DNA of 64,000 nt from Malacoraja senta (GCA_038087875.1 JAXLNO010005561.1:124001-188000); one strand, 5' to 3'; positions 14,067 through 29,007 are shown, numbered from the stretch's first letter. Program-made: numbers and translations. Notes: generated from the sequence alone by a model not told the origin.

Positions 14067-14946
14067 AGGGAGGTTTCACGGCAGTCGGGTCACGACCCAT
14101 GACCCGTACTGTTGCTACGCTACGCCAAGTGGAGTACACGCGATGAACTGCAGGTAAGCACTGACCATTGTTTCCAGCGTAGCGGGCCTGTTAAAACCCG
14201 CCGAAATTGTCAATTTTTGCGCTGTAAATAATTATGGAAATCGGGATAAGCGTGAGAGACATTTCGCCGACTTCAGAATTCCAAAAGTGAAGAGAAATGA
14301 CGGTAGATAGAAGCGACAACAACAGCCAGAGTGCTTGATGAACATTGGCCGTTTGCTCACTGCATTTCATCAACTAAGGCATTATTTGTGTTTTTTCTTG
14401 ATTCCTTTGGCATCTAAAAAGTTTCAGAAGTGTTAAATCTGGCTGTAAAATTTTAAAATCGCCCAAGGTTCTCGTGGGTTTTTACATACAAAAAGAAAAC
14501 GCTACTGAAGCAAAATTTACAGCCAGATTTATCACTTCTGAGACTTTTTAGATACCAAAGGAATCAAGAAAAACCACAAATAATGCCTTACTGTTGATGA
14601 AATGCAGTGAGCAAATGCGATAATCCCCAATATTTTCAATTCCGATATCTGCAATGTTCGCCAAGCACTTTATCTGTTGTTGTCCCTTCAGCTCTCGCTT
14701 CTCTTTACCTTCATTTGGCTTCACTTTTGGAATTCTGAAGTTGGGTACATGTCTCTCACACTTACCCCGACTTCCACAATTTTTTACAGCGCAAAGATTC
14801 AACATTTTGCCGGTTTTTAACAGGTAGGAAAGTACGCGTTTCTTGCATTAATAACATATACCGGAAGTTACGGATGTCCTCCAGATGGATTGAGCGGCTC
14901 CGTGCGTCAAGCCCTATGACCCAGTGACCTTACGTGCACACCCCCT
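14067..14946. mobile_element. Fold-back MITE (same family as 11326-12329), AT target duplication, long internal inverted repeat
   Basis: TIRs AGGGAGGTTTCACG ... CGTGCACACCCCCT are flanked by AT on both sides (14065-14066, 14947-14948). Arms 14187-14454 and 14512-14824 are reverse complements. Confidence 0.85.
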
Positions 14947-17900
14947 ATACTAGCATTTGGCAGCAAGGCTTACATAATGCAAAATGAAATTTATTTTCCA
15001 AATGGCACTTGTGGCAGATAATCAGTTGTGAACTAGCACGACAATTGTTGACCCCAAGGAATGTAACTCATCACAACGATGTGTGTGACGAGCTGAAAAG
15101 CTGAGATGACGAAAGAATGCTCAAATTTCATCCATTCTCTACATCTACATCTCACAAAGTCATGCAATTTACACAAAGGAAACCAGAGTATGCAAGTACA
15201 TAGGTCTCATTTGTCTTCCACCACTTTCCTGAACATGAACATAACATGGACAAGAATTGCACCTTATTCCAGGTGGTGGCAACCAAGGAGTGAAATAGCT
15301 GCGATGACACAGTCACCTGAAATAACCAGCCCTAACACTTTTCTTCCTCCAAAGATTTATATGGATAGGATCTCCATTGCCAAGTAACTGGTCGCATGTG
15401 GCCTGCAGCCAAGACACGAGTCAAGCGTAACACATATGAGGCAGCCATAGAAGGGGATGGATCCACATGCACAGTTGAACCTCTGATGCCTTGGCAGGCC
15501 TACAGGTGAGCAGATGGCATTGGTAGATTAACTGGCCACAGTAATTTGCTCTTAGTGTATAGTGTATTGGGTAATTGATAAGAATGCTTGGTGAATTTAA
15601 AAAAATGGGGCTACATGATGTGGCACTTGAATGCTGGAAGATGATGTTTGTGTGGCTGTAGATATCTTCCATTCAATGCTGGGAAGAAAGGACTCTAGAC
15701 TTCATCCAAAAGCCTGTATTAGGTATGGGTAAATGAGTAGCTGATGGTCAGTGCGGTCTTGGTGGGATGAAGGACCTATTTCCGTACTTTATCTATCGCA
15801 ATGAGCTTGGGTAAGTCCAGGCCTAACATCGCATGGGCCATTGATGCATAAAAACTATCTAGAGTCCTTTACTAAAATTGCAGTCAGACAAAGGTGCATT
15901 AACATTTTGTACGTGTATTAAATTTGAACCAGAATGCTGTCTACAACACACAACTCAATGAAGCCCATGTTGCCTATTTGCATAGCATAGCTAAATTCTT
16001 TATGGCCATTGGCAAATACAATTTTTTTGAAAAAATTATTTAAAAAAACAAGAACTTGCATTTATATCGTTTTCTTTTTCCAAACTTAAGCTTTCCAGAA
16101 ATAATGATTTATTTGCCCAGATACAACAATCACATAAGACACAGCACATTCCCACCTTTCAATACATAACCATCTGATCTGCTTTGATTAGGTTGGTTGA
16201 ATGATTCATCTGGCTCATAAATTGAACTCCTAAAATTCTAAATGTTGCTGACATTCGTCTTTAGTTCCATTTAAATCAAAGGACAAATGCCAAATGTTAT
16301 ACTGCCAGGTTATTAGTGTTTATCAATACCTATTTTATTCCTCTCAATGAAAACCTTATTAGTGACATCAGAATTCTTAAAATGGCATGTTTTCTAGTAA
16401 AGACCACTCCAAGGCAGATTTAGTCAATACAATACAGGTAACATGCACTGAACATTTTCTTATAGATCTTTTAAATTAAAACCAAATTAACATATGTATT
16501 TCTTGGTGTCTCTTCTATTCAAAAACGGTTAAATGATGAAAATAACCAGGTCATCCAAAGTTAATAAAATACAGAATTGAAGAGTGTCTGGAATTTCCAT
16601 TGGGGATACTTTAAAAAAAGTGTTTCAAATAGTGAAGATAACTTTCTCACAGAAACTCAGATTAAGAAGCTTCTTTCTTGCAATGGTCTCACTTTCACGT
16701 CGAACTGTACCAAAATGCTAACCTTAAAAGTATTTTTATAAATCCAGATATTTTCCCCCATTTACACCCCAAAGCCTTCCATTTGCATTGCTTTGTTACA
16801 TATGTTACATATTAAATTACATACAAGTTAAGTAGATACTTCAGTGTGGAAAAGAACAACTCTCCAAATTATTACTATTGCGGATGTAAACTACACCTAG
16901 ATTGATGACTGTGGCCAAAGTGCAAACTGCTGGTCACGAGAACTCGTATCTTTATGTCTATACTGTCAGACTTGCTAGCTTTGGTTCAAATTGGTCAAAT
17001 GCAAAATGAAAACTAAACAGGGAATGTTTACATGTTGAAAACAGAAAACAACAGAACTTCTTCATTTAAAAGACAGTGATTTTCTTTATCAGGGCAACTT
17101 TATTAGGCTAGGAAATCCCTATTGTCTGCATTCCTGCAATGGATTAAATCTCAATGAATGTAAATCAGTTGTGAAGGAGGCCCTTTGATACACTGAGAAA
17201 CGCTTTTGATGATTTTCTCTCTCATCCTCTGTTAATGATGTTGACTTCCACTAGTGTATAGATTCCACGAGTATCCATTGCCTTTTAGAATCTCATCTCC
17301 TTTCCTAGTGGGTGAACCTATATAAAAGGTATTAGCAAATGCAAGATATATGATCTAAAAGTCTGAAAATTAATAATAGGAAAACAAAAGTCATATCCCA
17401 TTTGGTATTGAGGTATCCAATATTGCAGTGTCCCATACAGGTTATGATTAATTTTATGATCTCACATCCATGCCCATTCCCACACTGCTTCAAGCAAAAT
17501 AAAATCGTGGAAAATAAAAAAGTATAAAAAAATGTCACTCTGATGAATGATTCCAGAAGTACAAGATATCCTAACAACTGGATACTCAACCAGAGCCCCA
17601 ATTATCTCATCCTCTCAGCTCACTTCTGAATGGTCACATTTGTGCTTGTCTCCACCACTCTCTCTAGCAAAGCAACCCCGACCCCACCCACTTGCTGTAT
17701 GCAACAGGTTTTTCATGTTAGTTTTGATTCTTTTACCAATCACCTTCATTTCATATCCCCCAGATAATTACCTCATTGGGATTGTTTCTCTTCATCGACC
17801 CTGTCAATACCCTTTTAATAACCCTGTCAGATCCTCTTCCAATGTAAACAACTAACCCCAGTTATTAGTCAAACCCCATAATTGAAATTCTTGATTCCTG

Positions 17901-18624
17901 TAATTATTCTGGTAAAACCCATTTGTCTTGGGGTACCATAATAGTAAAGAATTAGGAAGACACAAGTCAAATTTCTGGTGAGGTCTGAGGGCAGATTATT
18001 TCTGTGTGACCAAAATTGCAATCTGGCCAAGTGTGGTTAAATTATTGTTCTTGCAGCCAATTTTTTTTTAAAGGAAGTCTCCTGGACAGTTGCAAAAATA
18101 TCAGGTTTACCCATGTCTTGCAGATGAGGAAATCTACTGTCTTTACCCAGTCTGGCCCATATGGGATCCCAGACCTATCAGGTTGAGCATTAACTGTCTC
18201 CTCAGATCAGGAACAATTAGGGATGGTCAATAAATGTCAGCATTTCCAAAAATGTCCACATCCATGAATGAATAAATGAATTAAAAAAAACATGAAGAGA
18301 AGAACATCCTTCTTTTCTTGGCTGGACCAATATTGTTTTAAACTCAGCATTCTTGGGCCTCCTCAGTGATTCAATAAAACCAATGAAGCTTGCTCTGATC
18401 AGTTCTGTATTGACAGGACCTGGGTAAGAGTTGGTTTGGGTGCGAATGGATGAGTGAACCATAGAGTTGTGGAGGTAGCTGGTAGGGTGAAAGATAAGGA
18501 TAAGGACCAGGGGAATTCTACCATTGTTCCGTTCCATTCTGTCGGGGGGGAAGAGTGAGAGCAGAACTAAAGGACACAGAGAAGACACGGGTGAGGGATC
18601 CATCTCCAACAGCAGAGTGGCGAT

Positions 18625-18808
18625 TTTGTCCTGCATCCAGCTCTCTTCCAGCTTTTTTGCCCCTACTACAATCAGGCTCAAGAAGGGTCCCGACCCAAAA
18701 CATCATCTATCCATGTTCTCTAGAGATGATGCCTGACTTACTGAGCTACTCCAGCACTTTGTGTTTTTTGCTCGAGATTCCAGCATGTGCAGTTCCTTGT
18801 GTCTCCTG
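18625..18808 (+). mobile_element. PLE-derived 3' repeat with a decayed hammerhead
   Basis: ctcaagaagggtcccgacccaaaacatc...agatgatgcctgacttactgagctactccagc. Confidence 0.8.
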
Positions 18809-20594
18809 AACCAATCACCTCTTTCGCACCTCATTCCTGGAGGTATGTCACATATGCTTACAGTTAACTTGACCTCATTCAGTTATTCCATTATTGCACT
18901 TCAATAATTTTTGGCACTCATTGGATTTTACACTACAATTGCCCAGCATTCTGGTGATTTTCACTTGTCATTTACTTATTGCTATTTTATCATTAGTATA
19001 TTGCTTACTGTGTGAACAAGAAATTTCATTGTACATTCACATATATGACAATAAACTAATCAAACCCATGATTTCATGCAACAGAGGATGTAGTGTAAAT
19101 ACACAAAACACTATACCTGTATAGATTGATCATTCAAACCTATATAATGATTAACAATAAAATTGTGACTTGATATTCTAGATTAATTTACATTACTAAT
19201 TTCTAAGTGTTGTACAATTTGTGGCTTTCAATAATTTCTTCATATTCTTGGAGAATTTTGTGAATTCTAGAATGTTCGCACTGTCCTTTGTTCCATTTCC
19301 TCATCTGTACTTACCTGCTCAAAGTAGCATTCAAAATGAGACCAACAAAAAATCAGCAGAAGTAATAAAATCAAACAAAATTCAAAAATATTTATAAAGT
19401 AGCAGGGTTAATCTTTCTGTTGGAAACTTCAAACAACAAAACAAATTTTACAAAAACAGGATAAAGTTAAATGGCATTTGAATGGTTCAGTGTGAACTAA
19501 TCTATTCCAAGCCTCTATTAATTTCACAAATAATACTAATGTCACTCTTACCATTTTGCTTTATTTTTTTAAGTTTCCAAAGAATGCTCATTAAACCAAC
19601 CAAAACCAAGGAAAAGTGACAACACTGTCCAAAACATAGAAATATTTAAAAACAAAGAAACCACAGAGAATAATGCTGCAAATATCATATTGCCGCAAAT
19701 ATCATACATAGAAACTTCTTCAACGCTCAAATACAACCACATACAGAATTTTCACAATATTACTTTTCACTTCACTTTCTAGCCAGTGTACAAAAATCAA
19801 CTAATTTTGTGTTTTCCTTGTATATTTGTGGAATGTTTACAAGTGCATTACTGATAAAACAGCAGGGTCATGTTACAAAGTTCACTGTAACCTACAAAAA
19901 CACCACCACCCCTTTCCCCAGTGTTGGGTGATTACTTAGTATATCGATTGTTGCTCTGTACATTCTGTTCTACACTTGAACTCCAGCAGTCACTTGGCAT
20001 TGAGGAATAATCATAAGCCATTCACAAGGCTCAAATACTTACGATGCAGCAGAAAATCAAGCGATAAAATGTGCTCCCATTTCCAAGGCCAGGACTGATT
20101 CTGGAGCACAGCCAGGTGTTACGCTGTCAACAGTGTTGCTTTTACTCAGAGCAGACAGAGGTCTCTTTGCTGAGCTGGACCACACCAATTAGACATCACT
20201 GTGTGTCTTGAAAGCAGTTTCAAAACAACACAAGGTTCCTTTTGTCATTAAGAGCTTTCAAAAGTTCCCCCCCAACCCATTCCTTTGCTTAGGTTGACAG
20301 TCATGACCAGTTTCTTTCTTTACTGTCTCTATCTATATTTACTATGCGCTTTACAAGATCTATTAAAAAAAACAGAGAATAAACAAAGGAAATCCAAGTA
20401 ACTTCCAGCAATAATTCCTCTGACAGAATCAAATATTGGATTTTTAAAAATAACAATTAAATCCAGTTCCCCGTCATTTTAAAATTCTGAGTTAAAAATA
20501 TATTTCTGAAACTATATTTTGATTTTTTTTAAACTATTTCATCTATTTTAATACCACAATTCATTTCAATTACATGTTTTGCTTACAGAATGAT

Positions 20595-20686
20595 GCTCAA
20601 CAGATGGGACTAGCGAAGATAGGGCATCTTGGTCGGCATGGACAAGTTGGGCCAAAGGGCCTGTTTCCATGCTGTATAGGCTATGA
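20595..20686 (+). mobile_element. CR1/HER1-type LINE 3' tail
   Basis: ggcatggacaagttgggccaaagggcctgtttccatgctgta is the same tail as on the HE1-type SINEs in this window. Related tails occur near 15730-15795, 27365-27480, 29105-29165, 34190-34325 and 39420-39500. Confidence 0.75.
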
Positions 20687-23600
20687 TCATGCACATCTCC
20701 AACTTTAAACTTTGTCTACCATAAGGATATAATTTTATACAAAATTTTCAAAATACAACCTCCATCAGAAAATTGCAGATCGTGGGCTCTATGAAGCTTC
20801 AACATTCTTATTACTAAAAGAATGTGGTTGAGCTTCAAATGTCTGATGATAATGGAAACTCAAATTAATATTAACTTCCCCCAAACACCAATGTAACCTA
20901 GCATTGGACTGGTAATTAAATTGCTTATTCTGCTTTAGTCCAAGTCCTTTTCATTACTGCCCTGAAGCTACTTTTCACCATCGAACATGCAGCATTTCTA
21001 TTTATTTTCTTCCTCCAGTTACTGATGTTCACTCTTACTGTGTGCCCAATTCGCTCCTTCAGGTTAAAGCCTTAAAAGTTAAATTCTGTGGAATTTTAAT
21101 TTCCCTCATTCCGCAAAAAAAAACATATGCATACCAAGAATGGAGCAGGTAAGTTATCCCGTCAATCTGTGCAGTCTAAACACCAAGAACTTAGTGAGTC
21201 TATCAAACCTTTGTGTGGTTAGGAGTAAGAGTGCCCCTTCATGTCCTCCAGGGGCGTTGGCTCCTGCCTGGCTCCAACCCCCTACAGAATCCCTGGCTGC
21301 TCAGAATCCACATCCGTACATTTATCCAAAGCCTGATGGGCAGCCTCCGGGCCATCTGATTCCTGCTAACTTCTCAGCCTCTCAGTCAGGGGCTCATTAA
21401 TGAGAACCAGCAGTTAAAAAACGGCTGGGCCTCCCATCACTGCTCCCAGATGGGCTGCTTGTGCAGTGGACTGCTTTCCTATGTAAAAGTTAAAATTTCC
21501 ATCAGCGACTATAACTACCAGGTTATCACTTTTTATTGAAGTGTTCCATGTCTAACACAACACATTGCAAGGCCGTTATTTTTAAATAACATCTTATACT
21601 GTTTGTATTTGCTCAACAGACCAAGTCTTGATTACAACAAATCTTAATATAACTGCAGCATCATATTGCATGTGTCTAGCCTCATCACCATAGCTTGATT
21701 AGACCAATGTCAGACAGCGCAGACGGTGTGACTGGCCATATAGAGAACGAGAAGACGCCAAAGATGTGTATATTTCAGAGTAATGAATAATGCAAACTGA
21801 CATTGTGCCCTTTGTACCACCGAAAGGACAGCAAGCAGCCTCTCCCCCTGCATTACCCAACCAAATCACTGAACTCTTTAAAAAAATGCTAAAAAAACTT
21901 TACGACAAATACACTTATTTCATTACCCTTTCTTCAAATCAGATTTTTTCAGCAATATAAATATCAGTTTTATAATATTTATTTAAAGCCTTTTTTATAT
22001 TAAAAAAAACATCCTGCCATATTGGTTTACTTTTGTTGCAGTTATTTAATAAAAAAATCTACAAGATGATACACACTTTATTATTTGGGACAACAATGCA
22101 TTTTTTTCCCCCAGGTATCAATAGTGTATCTACTGGTAACAAAAATGATAGAATTGACAGAGGAGGAATTGTTTCAATAATATTAAGCTAAAATTCACTT
22201 TAAAAACACAGTTGAAACCCTATCATGTTCCATTAGCATTAATGACATGCCTACAGATTTTAAATGGTTAGAAGGAATGAGCTAACTTAACTTGTACACA
22301 TTGGCCAAGATATTTTACCGCTATTTTCACAGCAAATACTAAATTCCATTTACAAAATCACAGTAAAAAAAGATTGTGATATAATTAAATGTATTTTACC
22401 TTGCAATTTTAAATTTCAATTTCAGCACAGCCAGCCAAAAAAGCTTCAATGCACGAACAGATCTATACAAGTTCAATAGTTGTCACATATTAAATTGTTC
22501 CCTGGTATTCTTCCAAAATGTACAACTTAAAAAACAAGTTGCTACAAGCCCAAGATAATTTCTACAACAGAATGAATAAAACAAACAGCAGGCTGCCTTA
22601 TAAAGGCTTTTTATTACCACAAATTCAGTTTTCTATGCAATGTTACAGGATATGTCTTAACACTTTGTATGAAATTATCATCTAGCTTTGGAAAAACTTG
22701 GCTGTTCTAAAATTAATAGCAGCTTTAAGGGCACCCAACGTATAAATATTGCTCAATTTTGCAGCTGAATGCAGCCAAGCAAGGTCATAATCACTTTGCA
22801 ATTTGCAGTGTACTTCTACTTTCTGCTCACCGACTGAATCCCGATTTGAGAGAAAAGTAAATCTGCTATTTACTTCACAAATACTGTTAAGAGGCATCTC
22901 ACAATTCCTTAGTTCAACTAAAGAACTCACATATGAAATGATGTGCCTGGATAACTCGTGAAACAAAGTTTTTCACTGTGACAATAATAAACCAATACCA
23001 GAATATACATGTCTTGAAATGCCCAGCAATCATTTCAAAAGTAAGTTTGACGAAAAACAAAGTGATAATTGTATTTTCCTTTCTGCAAGATTAAATATTC
23101 AACAGATTAAGAATTATTTGGTCACATTCTCAGTAATTTATGGCCAGCACTGCCTTTTCTGGCTGACGAACATTTACTCATAGAAACAAAAATTTACCCG
23201 GTTCAACTAAATTTCACAAACCAATCGAATTTGCCTTGGCAGTATTCTTCTTAGCTAATCAATTTGCAAATGAGCCAAAATAATTTGATAAACACAGTAG
23301 TCTGCAAAAAGGTTATTCAGTAATTACCCTTCTTTTCCTGTTCTCTTTATAAAGGGCATATGTGGAGCAAGGTTTATTGATTGACAAGAAATAAAAAGGA
23401 CATATTAAATCAATTTATGACATCGATGGACTGTACATTTGTAAAAAAAAAGTGCAACATCTCTTAGGAATCCACATTATAAGTTAATGCAACAGGAATG
23501 CCCTTGATTTAATAGTTGCAAAAAGACATCTGGAAAACTCAAATTTATTCTCCACAACCAGAAGTATCTTTTAAACATACACATCTTGGTGAAGCCTTGT

Positions 23601-24733
23601 TGGCAATTTTCAGTCCTTTAAAAACATCCACAAATTTTATCCAAATCTCATATTTTTATCTCAATTCTCTGGAAAGTCAAAAAATCCCTTTCTTGAAATG
23701 ATTCAAATGTATGGTAGCTGTCTTGTTTTTCAAAATTGTTGCATGGGTCTTTTTCAACACCAAATAATAAAGATAAAAAATAAATAACATTCTGTTGTTC
23801 CAGGTAGTCACTTAACCCTCACAGATGATTTCGAAAAATATCTTGTTTATTTTTGCTTTAAAAATCTTGCCCAAGACATTTGTTTGCAAATGTCATTTCT
23901 GGTATATGTAAACACATCCCTAAAGTAGCTGTGCATCAATGAACTGTAATCCTCTTGTTCTCACTCCTAATTTAGGCATTTCTTTCTAAACTGTTTTTTA
24001 AATTCAAATCCCAGCTGCAGATAATGTCCTCTCCAAATCTTTCAGGTGGTCCTCCAGAGATTTCCCTTCAAAACTCTGAATAGGCTTGATCTTTCATGCA
24101 TACACTCTTGTTAGACTGGGGTTGAAGGCTGCCTGTCAGCTTTTGTTTTCTGCCTGCATTTCCCCCTCTATTCACTAAATACGGCTGGTAGACTGACCTC
24201 CCCCATCTTACATTCATATTCCTTCCCCATCTATCTACTATCCCTTTAAAGGTCTGTACCTCCTTTATTTCTTTATACCTGCAAATGGATTTGTTTTCTT
24301 TCTTACTACACCATTTTCCTTTTTCATTCATAAAATGCTCCTTGTCAATTTCATTTGTTGAGCCTAGGCAAATATTATAAACTTACCAGTACTCTTGCTT
24401 CTGTGATCGCAGTTACTAAGAAAGGTTCTAGAACTTTATATCCCGAGCCTCACAATTAATTAAAAAATCTAACTGGTACAGGGTACTGTGTCTGATTATT
24501 ATAAATTCCAATAACTAAATTTAATTAATTTAGTTGTTTCACTTATACACCAAGGGGTTAAGTTGTGTCATATGCACCCTAAATGCACAAAAATATTTGC
24601 TAGTTCAACATCAATCTCCCCACCCACTAAATTACCTCGTGCAAGCAAGATTTACAGCAGAGTCTGAGTGCCCGCCAGGTAGTTCTTTATTAGGAGGTAA
24701 GGTGGTATACGATTCAAGTAGTTAGTCACACTG

Positions 24734-24814
24734 CAAAACACAAAGTGCTGGAGGAACTCAGCGGGTCAGGCAGCATCTGGGGACGTCTCGGGTCGAGACC
24801 CTTCTTCAGACTAC
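24734..24814 (-). mobile_element. PLE-derived short repeat with hammerhead motif (GAAA changed to GAGA); 11-bp TSD
   Basis: The minus strand reads agtctgaagaagggtctcgacccgagacgtc. It is flanked by tagtcacactg at 24723-24733 and 24815-24825. Confidence 0.85.
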
Positions 24815-27800
24815 TAGTCACACTGAATTGTTTTAACCCTTTTTTGCGTGACTGGTTGAAAATGTAATGGGCAGAGAAAGAAAATCACCCACTAATTCCA
24901 AGAAGTAGGAATCTGTTTGCATATAAAATTATGATCTGACCCAAACCAAAGTCAAGCCTGGGGACTTTTTTGATATCAAATTTGAAAATATAGTTGGGTC
25001 CTCCCAGGCTCTTCTAGAAAAACATATCATAGGAAACTAAAAGCTTTATTCCACTAATAAAGATTGCAATTAAACATACAACTGCATCATAGAATTTATA
25101 GAACTTCATGTGCTAATTTTAAAATTAGTGAAATCATGTTTTAGTAGGTTATTATACTGGGTATAAGAGGGAAATCATAAGCTATGGTACATATAATGGT
25201 AGCTGAGCATCAAATTTATAGTAAAACTTCATAACCATTTTTTAACATTTATCATTTCCTACAACCCTCCCCCCCTTAAAAAAAGTCTGTAAATCATTAT
25301 ATAAATGATCCCACTTCTTAAATGGACAATGCCATCACAATATTTAGTCAGACTCCAAACACTCATAAGTCTACACAACTGATACGGAATATAGGAAAGC
25401 ATAAAACATTTAGCAACAACAATCATCATTCTATCCAACCATCTAAAGTCTTACTACAACCACCCCCTTCCCTCCAGCTACCTACAAGTAAATAAGTAAG
25501 TGATGGGGGATGGGTTGCAACTAATTTTCTCTGTTAACCATCTCCAGCCCAGTCACTAAACCAAGTCAGGTAATTAAAGTAAAGTAAGCCGTTACTGACT
25601 ATGGCAATGGGCCATCGCATGTTCTTTTAGGTTATCTTTTAACACAATATAGTCTATAAGCACATAATTATATGATACCAAGTCTTTTAAAAGTTGTCAC
25701 CCAGCACCAGGCTCTGCGGGCTGTCCAAGCATAATTCTCTACGAAAGGAGTCATGACCATCTTCACTCGGCTCATGAGCCGTGTTGCACTAAATGAGATG
25801 AGAACCATAAGAAGACCATAAGTACCCTGATTTTGTTTCCATTCTATGGCAGTGGAGTTGATACTTCACAAATGGACTTTCAGTCAGGTTATCCTATATT
25901 CCAAGTCTTCAATAATCTCTATGCTATGCTCCATTTCTGTTCCTCTAACATAGTTTAAAATACAACTTGGGTTGCATCAGATTTTGTGGTCTACTATTTC
26001 TCCTAGACCTTAATGTACAATGAGTATGAATTACTTTCATGGCATGAAAATTGAAATAACCTGATATTTTTCATGAAAGATCATAGCAATTTCTGGAATC
26101 TAATCTGCAAAGCAAACTGAATAATGGTACATGAAAAAATTCCATGATAAATACATTTTAAAAATCGTGTTAATTATTAGATTGTGCATCTGGAAGAGTT
26201 TTATTGTCTGCAAACACATAGGCTGTTTGCTGCTAATATTTCGCTGTTCAAACCAGGAAACAGTTAAATCCAAGCCTAGACATTAAACTGGTCTCTTAAG
26301 ACATCGCTCTGGAAAGCCATGCAGAAACCTGGCAACATCACAGTCCTAACACAATGCTCTGAATGGGGAACCTTTCAAGAGTTGCATGTGAAATGCTACC
26401 CCTCCTCTTCACTTCTTTAATATTCAAACAAGCAGACAAAGAAAGAATAGGAGACTGGGATCACTGGCAATTCAACCACTCTCTCAATATTTCAGTTCTT
26501 CTCCAATGGTAATTTTCTAAGATTATAAGAGAAAATTTTTGACACTTTGTATGGGGGACGTGAAAGGAACACTTAAAATTAACAATCGCTTTTATACTGA
26601 GCATGTGTATAGGCTATGTTTAAATATTGAGTTAACAAAATAATTTTTAATTAACGCAGCCAAAAATGTGAGTGAAACCTTTGAAATAATCTTTGGAAAG
26701 AAATGCAATCGACTCAGAAACAGTATCACCAATATAATTCCAATGAAATCAATTAATTTCTCAACTCTTCCAGGAAAAAAGGGTTAAACTCAAATGGAGC
26801 ATACCGGCCTATTAATTTCTGGTCTTTATATTCCAGCAATCTCAGCACTACTATATATTAAGACTACTAGAGAACAGAAATTACAAAACTTGATACAGAA
26901 TGTCCTGCAGAAAGGATTCCTATAATAAACAACAGAATTAAGATAAAACAATTCCACTTCATTTCTTTAGATTGGAGTTGCCCGGGGAAAGTTTCAGAGA
27001 AGGTATTCAATAAGCTTGTAAATCATATCGCGCTTTATGAAACTAATTACAAAATTCTCCTAACTGCAGCAGAAAATTTAATTTTAACATTGGCTTTTGA
27101 TTATGAACTCCAAAATATATATATGAAAGAAAGATGTTACTTGGTCCATTATTTGTGCTTGTTCAATCAAATTCTAATAAGAATATCTCTTCCCTTGTTT
27201 TCTTTTCCGTCCCCCTACCCCAATTTTGCAAACTTTTTATTTTCCAAATATATATTTTTTTCAATTCCCTTTGAAAAGTTACAAGTGAACCAGCACTGTA
27301 CACATATGTCATATTATAGAAATATCACGTAGGAAGCAAAATATAAGCCAAATCTAAAGATTATATAGTCAACATGGAAATGGGCCCTTCAGCCTACCTT
27401 GTTCATGCTACCGATTTGACATACTGTACAAGTCCCAATTGCCTACATTTGGCTCGTTGACTAAATCTTTCCTATCTTTCTATCTTTACAAAAAATCTTC
27501 ATATTTTATAACCTTTGTACATAGAGTGAAGTATTGTTCTCATATTTTGCTGGCATAAAGTAGCTTTCTGAAAAGCAAATATGTACTTTATTAAATAATT
27601 TAATGCTAAGACTTTAAAAAGGGTCATAAGATAATAAAATTCACAAAAAAAAGGAAAAAGCAGGAGAGAAAACACAGGGGGCATCAGTTTCAAGCTTGTC
27701 ATTATACTTTTAGGACCAAGGATTTCCTCAAACAAATAATGTGAGCAAATAAGAAAGTTCTGGAGGATGAATATGAGGTAACTGAACATCCTCAGCCCTA

Positions 27801-28715
27801 TTTAACTTGCATTTTGTGTTATTCTACCATCACAAACATGATCACAATAAAAAATAAACGAGACAAAACTGCCATTTTCTTCTTCCAATTTGTCTCGCAA
27901 ACTGACAGGGCAAGGATATAAAGAAATAAGTAAAAGAATGCCCATGACAATTTATGTTGTGATAATAAGAAGTCTTAATAAGGAGATCTTTACCACAATG
28001 GAAATATACAACTTTCAATGTCTCTTTTTGTTTCTAGAAAATGAAGCAACTGAATTTAAGATTAAAGACATGGCTACTTTCATGTTGGAGCTACCACATG
28101 ATCCCAGCATTTTTTCCCCATGAGGTTTTTGATCTTCTGCCCCCCTCCCCCCCCCCCCACCACACTACCATCTGGGATATTCAGGCACCTTGGGGGTGGG
28201 AGAAACTGTATCATCCAGGTCATATGTCAATGGCCCCAGGAAGACATGGGAATCAAAACTGACATCAGTGCACAAAAGCCACTGTGGCTGAAACAGCAAA
28301 ATTCTGACAGAATGTCTGGAACATACTGTCAGCAAGCTGCCGCAGTCGAGAATTTTACCAACTAGAGTCATAAAACAACATATGATTTATAAGCTTACTG
28401 AATATCTTCCACAAGCTAGACAGACTGGCTACTGACTAGAGTTCATAATATTGTCCCTGGCAGACACTACACCACTGCAGATTCAAATCAATCTTTAACA
28501 ACAGCCTGCTAGAAGTACAAACTCACAAAAAAAGTGTAGCAGTAACAATACACCATATTTTCTGTATGATTACTGCTATAATCTTGGACAAAGAAATGTA
28601 TATACAATAGGGTACCACACAGAGGTCCATTCACTTGCACTTTTATTTACTGCCCTAATTGCTTTTAAATTATATAAATAATAAAAGCACATGAAACCGT
28701 TTTCAAGAGTTTATA

Positions 28716-29007
28716 CAGGTCTTTCCCAGGTAATGAACACCCAGGCTATGTACAGCCTGGACATTCGAGGGAGTGCATGGGAGACTGTTGGGCCAATTGT
28801 GCTGACTGCTGTGGGGCTTCAGACGTCTTTAGCCGTGTGGGAACTCTGTTCACAGCAACATCTGAATGGTTTAACTGCAATTGCCATTGGCTGCTGTGTG
28901 TTTTTATTTAAATCTATTGCTGGATGGTTGCATTTCTGACTTGCAAACTGTTTGGGTTACGACCAGTTCTCAGGAACGGGTCCCTGTTGTAACCCTGGGA
29001 GGACCTG
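28716..29007. mobile_element. Tc1/mariner (Tigger-like) MITE
   Basis: TA|caggtctttcccaggtaatgaac ... gttgtaaccctgggaggacctg|TA shows degenerate TIRs and a TA target duplication. Confidence 0.7.

Noticed and set aside
14191-14373. Peptide ending YSAKIDNFGGF that resembles YSAKIYHFGGF in ORF 11841-12203
   Set aside because: The similarity comes from the homologous transposon arm DNA. Frameshifts between the copies argue against coding.
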